A stretch of DNA of 63,125 bases, the filler included, from Lenisia limosa (lineage: Eukaryota > Protista > Breviatea), in the NCBI GenBank assembly GCA_001655205.1. It is 8 parts of 8 records of this genome, joined end to end, with 100 filler letters (N's around TTAATTAATTAA, not from the genome) between each part and the next. Parts side by side here need not be neighbours in the genome. Positions count along the whole stretch, not along the records: positions 47,605 to 58,227 come from LPNZ01010468.1; positions 58,328 to 63,125 come from LPNZ01010736.1; 6 more parts are not named here. One strand, written 5' to 3'. Made by a program: the position numbers and the translations under genes. The notes under the pieces were generated by a model that was given only the letters and a program-made list of their open reading frames with translations, had not been told where the DNA came from and searched no databases. This document shows positions 52,829 to 63,125 of the stretch, piece by piece (positions within the stretch are counted from its first letter, which is position 1; each line of letters starts with the position of its first letter).

Positions 52829-55800
52829 TTATTCGCTAACAAATTCAACGATAGCAACACCCGTGCTTCTGACAGACGGACCAGAAGAACTTGAGAATCC
52901 GCTGCGGTAGTAGCTGGTACCAGCATAGCCATAACCAAAATATGACGTTCCGCCCTGGAGGGTAAATGCTGAAAACAATGTCATACACTTTTCACCGAAT
53001 CCTTACCTGAAGGCCACCTGAGCCTCCAACGGACGTAGCTTGTGAAGGATCATGGCACCCTCCACCGCCAAATCCCCCGAAAACGCCCTCATTACCAGCA
53101 GCCATACCACCAACCCTAAGGAAGTTGTCAAAGCCAATTATGATACCAGATACCAGGACTGTTTCCAATGTCAATACATCACACTGTGTATCATGCAGGA
53201 GAGTATCCAAATATAGTGACAAAAACGCTGAAGCCTTGAAGCATTATCACCAAACCCACCATTTGCCAAAGAAACCTTTGCCGTCTTCCAAATGTTTTGT
53301 CGAACCAGTTGTACCCATAATACTCGCACCATTTCCTCCGGCGTTCGAAGTTGGCTGATTCTGTACCATAAGGCGGAATACGCATAAATCCGTTGCCATT
53401 ACATGAAAAGGAGGGTCAATGGGTAGTGAAATTCTGTTTTTTTCGAATGTTCTTGAGCAACTTGTTCGGTCAATAACTTAATACTCACTCATTTTTTCAA
53501 ACATATTATGCCCTTAAAAAAAATCGAAAAATTGAGGAAGCATAGGCAAGGGGCCTATTGAAACCAAAAGCTTCTAGAATGTTCGAAAAATGGCAAATCA
53601 AATATCTTACACTTGAGGTACTCATTAAGGCCCTCCCCCCAAACATATTGTGTTCCAAGATTGGTCGTGCCCTCAGATCGACATCTGTCATCTTCATAAT
53701 CAGAAAAACATGAGTCTGATTGTAGAATGACAGATGGCATAAAGTTGGATCACTCAAATACGACTTGGGCGTAGAGTGGAAAGTGATAATTTTCACATTT
53801 GTAGCACTATTTCAACCATGACATGTCAAAAGTGTAATTCACTTATGACATGCAGTTGTAAAACATTCACATTCACCAGTTGGGGTTTGTTAAGAATGTT
53901 AGGAAAGCCAATATGCACTTGATCAAAACCCACCACTCCTGTAAGGGCCTCCTCCTCCTGCCACATTGATCCAGTCAATGTCATCAATCTGAAGTTGAAG
54001 TAAAACAAACAACCGGCTGGGAATCCTAGGCATTTGATTACAGTGATATTGATTTGTAATGCTCCACGTACGACATACGCATGCTTTCTGCCAATTCCAA
54101 ATGAAAAACACCGACATCCTACTTTGAGCTTACCGGGTAGGTATCAGGGAACTTGAACACGGCAGTCATACCATTGCCGCACCTGGTACACCCCCCAGGC
54201 TGACCAACAACAAAGTATAAGACATCACCATAGTTCTGAAGGGTGAGAGATAAAGTGGCATTTTACACGTTGTTGGTCAATGTTTGAACATTGCCCCAAG
54301 GAATTTTTGAATTCTTAAACGGAAAAACTCTGTCACCACAAATCTTTGCTCAAATTTATGAAGAAGATGAGCGATATTTTCGACAGTGGGGTTTCAATTC
54401 ACCCTACCAGGGAAATAACTCCATTGATTGATTGCCCCCAACAGTTGTCATAGTTACTACTTCCAACAGTAGTAATACGGTAGTTGCCTGACCTTTTGAT
54501 GATGATTTTCTGAAGTATAAATAAAAAGAAGTGAGGCCTCTTTACGAACTTAGTGAAACACTGCTTATGTTTGGTATGACTTTTTGCAAACGAGGCCCTA
54601 ACAAATCCATTTCAAACACGCCAAATCCCACCAACTCGGTATGTGTCATCCTTTTCCACCGTCCAGAAGTCCGACTCAGGAACATCTTGTGACATATCTG
54701 CTCGCGGGCCTGACCCTCCGATAAACGTCACCTTATCTGCATAATAAGAGTTTCGATGAAGTTGAATGTTTCTAAATATCACATCGTCATACATAATTTA
54801 TTATGATAATAGTGTATTAGATTTGGAGTATCACTTTCCCTACTTGGAATGTCTGAGAACGCCGAGGTTATTGAATTGAACTCAGAATATAACCTGGATT
54901 GTTAAAAAAAAATAGGCTTTAATGTTTGTTTTTTTGAAAAAAACAATCACTATCAGCTTACTTTACAGGTTTGGTGGCAACAAATGATACTTCGCAGGTA
55001 AAACTACCGGGGGAAACATAGGAGATTGCCCCGACTGAAACAGAGGCGGAGCTTCGGGCGTGGAGAGTGATGTCCTGTATAATTCATTAGTCATTGAACA
55101 TGTCAACTCCCTGTGTGTTCCTTATATCACTGGAATCGACCTTTCAAAAACCCAATGTTGCAAATCCATCACCATGACTCGATTGCCGCCCCGTACTGGA
55201 ATGAGAGTTTCATCACCGACGAGAACGCCAAAACGGTCGTGCAAGGTGATGCTGCAAGAGGCAACTGTGGTACTTTTCTCAACGCAAATGTGTTTGACTG
55301 TGGCGACACTGCCCAATCATTTGTAGATATATGAATCTCAGAGTGATGGCAAAAAGGAGGACAGTTTCTCACATGAAATGAGGAAAATTGCTCAAGGAAT
55401 AGAAACATTAGGATTGCCAAAAGGTGTTATTTGGGTGGTCATTCCTTTTTCATCATCAGTAATCATATGTTTTTGTTAAAGGATTTTGAAAATCATATTA
55501 TGTCTAATGTCACCCTCCCTATGATTCAACAAATAAAAATATATGGATCCATCCGAATACCTTGCAGAAGATGAGCCAGCTGAAATTGCGGATAGGCAGC
55601 TCCCATCGTCAAAGCGGAGTGCTATGCCAAATGAGCAACTACGATAGATTTGTTAACGATGATTTAAGTTCATAAATAAATAAATATTTTGACGGTGGTT
55701 AATCCATAATATGAAATTGGATTGGAATAATGTTGAAAGAATGGAATGTAAGGCGGATGGAATGTTAGAATAGCGGGTGAAAAAGGATGATTGATGATGA

Positions 55801-55927
55801 GTTGACAGATAGCACTACCTTTGACAGAGGCGAAGTCTGAATGCAAAGTTCCTTCATTGTTGATATTAATTGCAAGTATCCCGACAGAGAGTGTTACTAG
55901 GAGAAGCAAGCGGAAGAGAAGTTGCAT
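52829..55927 (-). CDS. Putative secreted protein with an ALK/LTK-type glycine-rich domain
   Basis: Signal-peptide-like MQLLFRLLLLVTLSVGILA; motifs FWTVEKDDTYR, GDVLYFVVGQPGG, NVAGGGG, GGFGGGG, and C-terminal TGVAIVEF*. I did not resolve the full exon chain. Confidence 0.5.
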
Positions 55928-56156
55928 CTCTTGAGGTGTTGGGGGCTGTATATTCTCTCTTCTTCTAGTTCTCTCGTTCTCTTCCTCTCAGTTCTCTCCT
56001 CGTTCTCTTTTTTTCTTACATCCTTCCCCAACTTTTTTTGGTGACGGTGGGGGATCTTGATGATCTACCCGCTCCCCCCCCCCCNNNNNNNNNNNNNNNN
56101 NNNNNNNNNNNNNNNNNNNNNNNNNNNNNNNNNNNNNNNNNNNNNNNNNNNNNNNN

Positions 56157-56614
56157 NCAACAATCTGCAAGCAATGGGTGAGGAGCGTGTGAAGATTTTC
56201 TGGTGGGAACTTATTGTTATATCCTTATGTCCTATGGGAGGGAGACAGCTGATTATGCCGTGTTTGTTTGAATAATCAGACGAAACGGAGAAAACCTACG
56301 ATCGCGCTGAAATTGTTTATTGTTGGCTGACATTTTTAGCTTCATTCAAAAGACCTTGCTGATAGGTTGTAGCATAATGTATATCTTTAAGGGCTACGCA
56401 TCGCGCGCGATGTACCTGGCCGCAAAGTATGAGGGAGGGGGTGTCATTGTGGCAATGTTATTTAACATTAACTCCAATCAGGTATGACACAGCCAATGAT
56501 TTCTTCGAAGCTCTAACCCGACATCGCACTGCTCTCTCACAGCTTAATGGCAATGGCAATAAGGTCCCTGGAAATGCCTACAACCAGACCCTCATCGTTG
56601 AGGAGTGTGACTGA
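56157..56614 (+). CDS. Hypothetical protein, 3' exons
   Basis: Short open exons ending ..YDTANDFFEALTRHRTALSQL..EECD*. Confidence 0.4.
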
Positions 56615-56683
56615 GAGGAATGCAATTCCGTGAGAAAAAAGTGATATTAGACTATATTAGAAACCGGAAGACAGCGCGCAGTA

Positions 56684-58228
56684 CTACAGCACGCGGGATA
56701 GGACCTTGGCCACAGCCGCACGGACGGTAGGCGCATCAGCCATGATTAGGGACAGCATGTGTGTTTTGATGTGCGGGAAAACGGCATTAAACCTGGGGGG
56801 GGGGGGATAACATGGAATTAAAGACTGTTTAATTTGAAATAATACGAAATAAAAGGTGCAGCAGCGACTCATAAGAAGCCTACCATTCATCATCGAGGTC
56901 AGCAACACCTTGCACACAACAGGACATTACGTAGGTAAATGACTTAGTAGATGGGCCAGTGGGTGTGGCGCCTGTGGCCAGTCCTGAAACCTAAAGGAGT
57001 CAAATAGACATTAAAAGTGCATAAAAACAACTCAGTTCAATAGCATGTAAGAAATGAACATCAGGGAGTAGTAAAATGATGGTATAAGACATCCATCAAA
57101 TATCACACACATAGATGCCAATAAAGAAGGATAGTGGGGGTGGGGAACAGCGTAAATTTGAGAAATTATAGAAGAAAATTTGGGTAACCATTCACCCATG
57201 GAGAAAATCTAAAGATACCAGAACAATTTGTAAAGGAGTCATAGAGAAGTGATCCACAACGGCATGTTAATAGTCATATATCCATATGTGGTGATGATGG
57301 AATAAGATTGTCAGATGTCTAAAAGTCATCATAATTCATGCAATGTTCATACATTGACATAAGCGGAGGTGACATTGGAAACCAGGTCCACAAAGAGAGC
57401 AGACACCTGTGCACTGTATTCCACCTTGTTCTCAAGCAAACGACACTGTTCCAGTCAAAAGAGAAGAATCAAAATAAGGTCAGCTCTACAGAAATAGAAC
57501 CGTAACCTAACAAGTACACATATATTTATTCATGAAACTTGCAAAATAACAGTATGGGTTTGTCAGGTCATCATTCTTATCATAACATGTGTGGCAAAGC
57601 TGAGTCACAATTCCTGGTATCAGCTTACCTGAATTCTCTGAGCGGAGAGCGACGCGCAAGTTTCTTGTTTGATGAGGTTCGGGACCTAATTCAGTTAATA
57701 CTCTGTCTTATGATAAAAAGGATACATTGACGTTAACGATAGGGGGAGAAGCCTCTATTATTGAACAAGAAGCATCCCAGCACCCACCTGTGTCATGATT
57801 TTGGCCTTGTAGAGAGCTGTGCGTCTGTCAATGTCCCGGTTGAAACGAGCAGCAAAGAATCTGGGGGGTTATAGCTGCCATCAGCCTTGAAAAAAGATTG
57901 TAGATGAATACTGGTAATCCCAGTACATTCACCACTGGGCATTAGGTATGGTGTGATAGGTTCCTGGTAACCCGCAATACAGTCCAGGTTCCCACCGTGA
58001 CCCCTCAATGCAGTCCAGAAGGCGCTGCACGTTGGAACTTCCAAGGTAGTTGGCAACCAATGTGGAGGGACAGGCTTTAGGCTTGAGTGGTTAATGGTGA
58101 TGCTTTTGGAAACTAGGCTGATCCAGCGGTTATTTTCAAGAGCCTCAGTGTAGCCCACCTTCGGGCCTGGGCACTGCAGGAAGTCGAACTTCGGTGACAC
58201 GTCATTGGTCTTGACGGCCTTGGAGTCN
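56684..58228 (-). CDS. Hypothetical protein, C-terminal helical/HEAT-like exons
   Basis: Last exon FNAVFPHIKTHMLSLIMADAPTVRAAVAKVLSRVL* loosely resembles Mon2/Sec7-type C-termini; upstream open exons. Confidence 0.35.
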
Positions 58229-58327
58229 NNNNNNNNNNNNNNNNNNNNNNNNNNNNNNNNNNNNNNNNNNNTTAATTAATTAANNNNNNNNNNNNNNNNN
58301 NNNNNNNNNNNNNNNNNNNNNNNNNNN

Positions 58328-61300
58328 GATGTCGGCGTCACGCTCACGCAACTCAAGGAGTTTCTCAAGACTATTGTGGGGGAAGGGAGGATATAAGCAA
58401 ATGGGTTCTGAGTTGATTTTGCGGGCTTTTATATTATTATTATTATTCTTTATTTTTTGAATTTCTCGAGAAATCTTTGATAAATATCGATATTTGACTG
58501 GTCTTTTTTTGGACTCTAGGGAAGCCCTAGTCGTGGGTTTTGGGTTGATATTGCCCTTGTCGTGGGTTCTGAGTTGATATTGCGACGGTTTCTTTTTATA
58601 AAACAAGAGAAATGATATAGTACAAATCTAGGGAAACAAATAAATACATAGGGATACCATAAACATTTTACCATGCTTCTGCGCCCACGCTCCTCGGCGC
58701 CCTCTTCCCCGAGATTGTTGCTGTTGTTTTAGTGGTTAATATAGTTTCATTACCCCCCCCCCCCANNNNNNNNNNNNNNNNNNNNNNNNNNNNNNNNNNN
58801 NNNNNNNNNNNNNNNNNNNNNNNNNNNNNNNNNNNNNNNNNNNNNNNNNNNNNNNNNNNNNNNNNNNNNNNNNNNGTCTCTGGTGGGGTGGTGGTGAATT
58901 GTCCAAGCAGAGGTATTTTAGAACTTTGGAATGCGGTACAGAAGCGACTGGCCTGGGTTTTATTTGTTTTGTTATCAACCCTCGTGTGTTGTCAGCCAAC
59001 AGAGTTGATTTTGGGCCCTTTTTTTTTTTTCCATTCCATTTTACCACATCATTTACCTGCTAGATTCCATTCTGGCTGATCTCTGACGACTGCTTACTGA
59101 CAGCGTTGAAGACGGTGAATGCCCAGTCAGGCTGGAGGGAGGTCAACTCTTCGGTTCCATCGTCGTATTTCCATGACGACTTCATCACCACGGTAAGCCT
59201 TGGCCTCTGTTTTCTTGAATCATGACCATCGTATTTTCTTTTCTTTCTTATTCCCTATTAGGCAATTAGTGTCTCGGATTCCTACGGATTTGAGGCAAAT
59301 ATCGTCATTTCCGGCCCTATTAGCGACTTCACCGCTAAGGTTGGGAAGACTATTTTTTAGTGTTAAACTCTTCAAGGGTTATTTGCTTGCTTTGTGCTAC
59401 TTTGAACTTGCTTTTTTTTTTTTTTTTTTTNNNNNNNNNNNNNNNNNNNNNNNNNNNNNNNNNNNNNNNNNNNNNNNNNNNNNNNNNNNNNNNNNNNNNN
59501 NNNNNNNNNNNNNNNNNNNNNNNNNNNNNNNNNNNNNNNNNNNNNNNNNNNNNNNNNNNNNNNNNNNNNNNNNNNNNNNNNNNNNNNNNNNNNNNNNNNN
59601 NNNNNNNNNNNNNNNNNNNNNNNNNNNNNNNNNNNNNNNGCATGCGTGTGACCATGGTGATTATTGGTAGGGCTGTCTATTTCTTGAATTTGTCTCCTCA
59701 GATTTCCATGATTTCTTCCCCTCACAACTCAGGCGTCGTAATGACGATTCTGTCAATGGCAGTTGTCGGGTTCATTACAATGCAGTTTACCCGCCCCCTG
59801 CGATTAGTGGGCGAAAAGCTTGATGCTGTCTCACGTCTGGAGTTCCCGGAGAATAAGTGGGGGGGGGGGGGGNNNNNNNNNNNNNNNNNNNNNNNNNNNN
59901 NNNNNNNNNNNNNNNNNNNNNNNNNNNNNNNNNNNNNNNNNNNNNNNNNNNNNNNNNNNNNNNNNNNNNNNNNNNNNNNNNNNNNNNNNNNNNNNNNNNN
60001 NNNNNNNNNNNNNNNNNNNNNNNNNNNNNNNNNNNATTCTTCTATAGAAGGAAACTAACACCTCAGACGGTCGCGGTCAAGATTTACAGAAATTGCCGAC
60101 TTAGACCATCGAGTCCGGGCCGTGCATCAAAGCTTCAGGCACTTTAGGGCTAATATGGTACGCAGGGCCGGTTACATCCCTATGATATAGTATGTTGTAC
60201 CCCCTCCCCCCCATTTTTCATCTTTTCAGCAAGATCGCCTGGCTCAGATTACTGTGCTCAATGTCAACATCTCTAATGGTGCGGTGGAGTTATCTCATCA
60301 AGCAATTGAACCGTCTTCCGTTTTCCTAACTTATTTAGTTAACGCCGAAGATCTCGAAGTTCTGCCGAATATCCTAGCTGAACTATTCATGATTTGCACG
60401 GATAACCACGCAGCTGTATGAGTGACTTTTTATTCTCCATTGGGGGGTCATTTGTTCTCGCGTTTTGAAATTGCCACCCAATGATATGCGGTGCTGCANN
60501 NNNNNNNNNNNNNNNNNNNNNNNNNNNNNNNNNNNNNNNNNNNNNNNNNNNNNNNNNNNNNNNNNNNNNNNNNNNNNNNNNNNNNNNNNNNNNNNNNNNN
60601 NNNNNNNNNNNNNNNNNNNNNNNNNNNNNNNNNNNNNNNNNNNNNNNCTTTTTGTTTCATAAATTTTCCAATTTTCTCCCACCCCTCTTCTTTCACTTTT
60701 GGGGTTTGTAACACTGATCTCCTAGATGTCAGTAGTAGTCAAAAAATAATAAAAAAAACAAACCGTTTTGACCTCCGTAGATGTCGGTAGTCACAGAGCA
60801 AGGTCTGCAGTGCTTCTGGACCGACGCGCGGACAATCGAAAGTCACCCTTCTGTCGCCTGCAAAACCGCCATTAAGCTGTCTTCGTGTTTCCCGCAAATA
60901 GTGGTACGGGGGGGGGGGTGGNNNNNNNNNNNNNNNNNNNNNNNNNNNNNNNNNNNNNNNNNNNNNNNNNNNNNNNNNNNNNNNNNNNNNNNNNNNNNNN
61001 NNNNNNNNNNNNNNNNNGACATCCAGGTTCGCCCGTCCCCTACTATTTGCGATTTTCATCCAATATCCTTCATACAAGCTTCCTTCATCAAAATCACCCC
61101 TTTTTTGAACAAGAAAAGATAAATAGTATTATTATTTGTAGAGATGAATGAAATATCTTCTGTACAGTGATGGAAATCTGTGTTACTTTCGCATTTCTTG
61201 TTTTAATGACACACTTGCCCTCTTTGTTACTTTCTTTTGGTACACTTTCCTTATTTGGAAACTGATATGCTAGGTTGGTGTGGCAACAAACCACGCTAGT

Positions 61301-62869
61301 ATCCTACAAGCTCCTGCCACCAAGCACAACCTGCCTGTCCATGAGTATGAGGGGTGGCATATGTTGAATATTGTACAGATATCCTAACTGACCTCCCACC
61401 ACCACCACCATAACTTGTTTTAAATGACAGAGTTGATTGTCTTCAAAATATGCCCTTTTACCCCTATGGAGGCTTGGGAGGCTTTGTTTGTTTTGTTGTT
61501 GTTCTTAAACCCTCGTGTGTTGCTAGCAAACAGAGTTGATTTTGGGCTTTTTGTTTCATATAGTATTTCACGAGTTGATTTTTGGGCTGGTTTTTTTTCC
61601 TAGCTTCTACCATTTCACCCCCAAGAAGGTGCTCGCAGACCGACCTTATGGCAGTTCAAGGCCCGGCAGTGGAAGAGGCTGAAACTATGATGCGCCTCTG
61701 CGTCACGTACCAGGTGGGGTGATTTTTGGGTTTTCGCTTGCTATAGCCAACAGAGTTGTATTTTTTTATTTTTTTTTATTTTCCAATTTTACGTTTCAAT
61801 GCTGATTGCTCATGTTTTTGTTGCTTGTTTTCAGTTTTGTTTGTTTGGTTTCAGATTATTTGGCCTTTACGGCAATATTCTTCATCGAAATTTCCTTCGT
61901 TTCACGCCTCACACCTCACCCTCCAGTTGCCCGTGGTAATCAATGACGTTGTTCGAGCCCACGCCGGAGGCACTTTTGTGACCCGGTGCATTGACGGCAT
62001 TATGGTGCGAGAGGGGATTTTGAGTTTAATTATTTTATTTTTTTTGTTATTTCCTCTTACTCCNNNNNNNNNNNNNNNNNNNNNNNNNNNNNNNNNNNNN
62101 NNNNNNNNNNNNNNNNNNNNNNNNNNNNNNNNNNNNNNNNNNNNNNNNNNNNNNNNNNTCCTTCCAGATGAACTCGGGACTTGCCCCCGAAGCCTTCCAT
62201 CACCTCCTTGGCCCTCGCACGCCCTTGCATGACAAGAAAAATCGGTATGTCCAGGCTACCAAGTGGAACTCTTTCCAGTAATCTTTATCCCTTCTCAGCA
62301 ATTCCTCAATTGATAATCATATAACCCATCTTTCTGGACCCAAAATAAAGCTGTAACCCTTTGTAACTCTCCCCCCGACAGCTGTCAAATATTGACAAAC
62401 TTACCATATTAGGCATGTGACGGAAGCGCTGGAGTCCCAGGCCCGGGCCTACACAAAGCTCCTCCGCACGGCGTGGGGTGCCGGTGTGTGTACGGCCAAT
62501 GGCGGCGGCGATGAACGAGCGTCTTGTCTACATAGCCCTGAGGTTGGTTCCCAAATAGGCAGTTCCTAAAAAGGAATCTGGTCACGTTTTCCTACGTGAT
62601 GGGATGCAGTGCTGCAGAAGCGACTGGCCTGGGTTTTGTTTGTTTTGTTATCAACCCTCGTGTGTTGTCAGCCAACGGAGTTGATCTGGGCCTTTTTTAT
62701 TTCATACATTTTCCAATTTTACCTCTCCCCCCAGCTATCCACCCCGAAGCGACACGAGAACCTGCAAAAAGCCCAGACCTTAGCCTCGCAATACAGCATG
62801 ACGTACAGCCACGACTTTGCTGGCCGAGCGCTTCTCAAGGCAATCGAGGCCGCTTTGGAGGTGCCTGAG
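58328..62869 (+). CDS. Large multi-exon hypothetical protein (fragment)
   Basis: More than 12 GT-AG-bounded open exons, e.g. QFLKRNLVTFSY|LSTPKRHENLQKAQ; no family recognised. Confidence 0.55.
58930..59063 (+). repeat. Family D copy at an intron 3' end
   Basis: CAGAAGCGACTGGCCTGGG..CCCTCGTGTGTTGTCAGCCAACAGAGTTGATTTTGGGC. Confidence 0.8.
62596..62734 (+). mobile_element. Repeat family D: whole intron made of the repeat (Introner-like)
   Basis: 139-nt GT..AG intron, GTGATGGGATGCAGTGCTGCAGAAGCGACTGGCC..GCCAACGGAGTTGAT..TTTTCCAATTTTACCTCTCCCCCAG, near-identical to intronic copies elsewhere in the window. Confidence 0.7.
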
Positions 62870-63125
62870 GTGAGGTGCTATTTTGAACAAGAGAAATAGT
62901 TTACATTTGAAATCTAGGGCTATATTTGTCAAGGATGGGGTTTTGATCTCTCCTTCCTCCATTGTCGCAAAATGAGACAGGAATCTGCCCCAATCAACTC
63001 CTTACAATTCCAGCACACGTCCCATAACAATAGCAAGCGATTTGATAGGAACCTTCGGCTCAACCTTGACCCTGTCTCCCCCAGGTCCAATGATAATCAT
63101 GTGGGGGGCTGATCCTATCTCTGGG

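Overview
Eukaryotic draft assembly, about 38% GC by eye, probably a protist (I cannot name the taxon). It is not one locus. Seven 44N-TTAATTAATTAA-44N spacers join eight unrelated scaffolds, so gene neighbourhoods across those joins mean nothing. Genes are very intron-dense, with exons typically 50-150 nt. Recognisable genes: the C-terminal part of an RNF213/mysterin-like protein with an RZ finger; a DBF4-type zinc-finger protein with very long K/E/R helical tracts; a decayed piggyBac transposase with an internal inversion; eIF4A; an ARL16-like Arf GTPase; a LisH protein; a LENG9-like 2H phosphoesterase; RuvBL2; and an ALK/LTK-type glycine-rich secreted protein. The most striking pattern is in the introns. 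A large class starts GTGGG(G)/GTGATGGG and ends in a C-tract plus AG. Many share a 90-140 nt repeat (core CCAACAGAGTTGATTT) that is oriented with the host gene, and one copy keeps inverted terminal arms, as expected for an Introner-like intron-generating element. Several MITE families (TA-flanked GGG, Tc1-like CAGT, CACTA) nest in these introns. An eIF4A intron hosts a box C/D snoRNA whose guide matches snR39B/SNORD2, and the human SNORD2 host is also an eIF4A gene (EIF4A2). All calls come from reading the sequence by eye; no searches were run, and copy counts and many exon boundaries are approximate.
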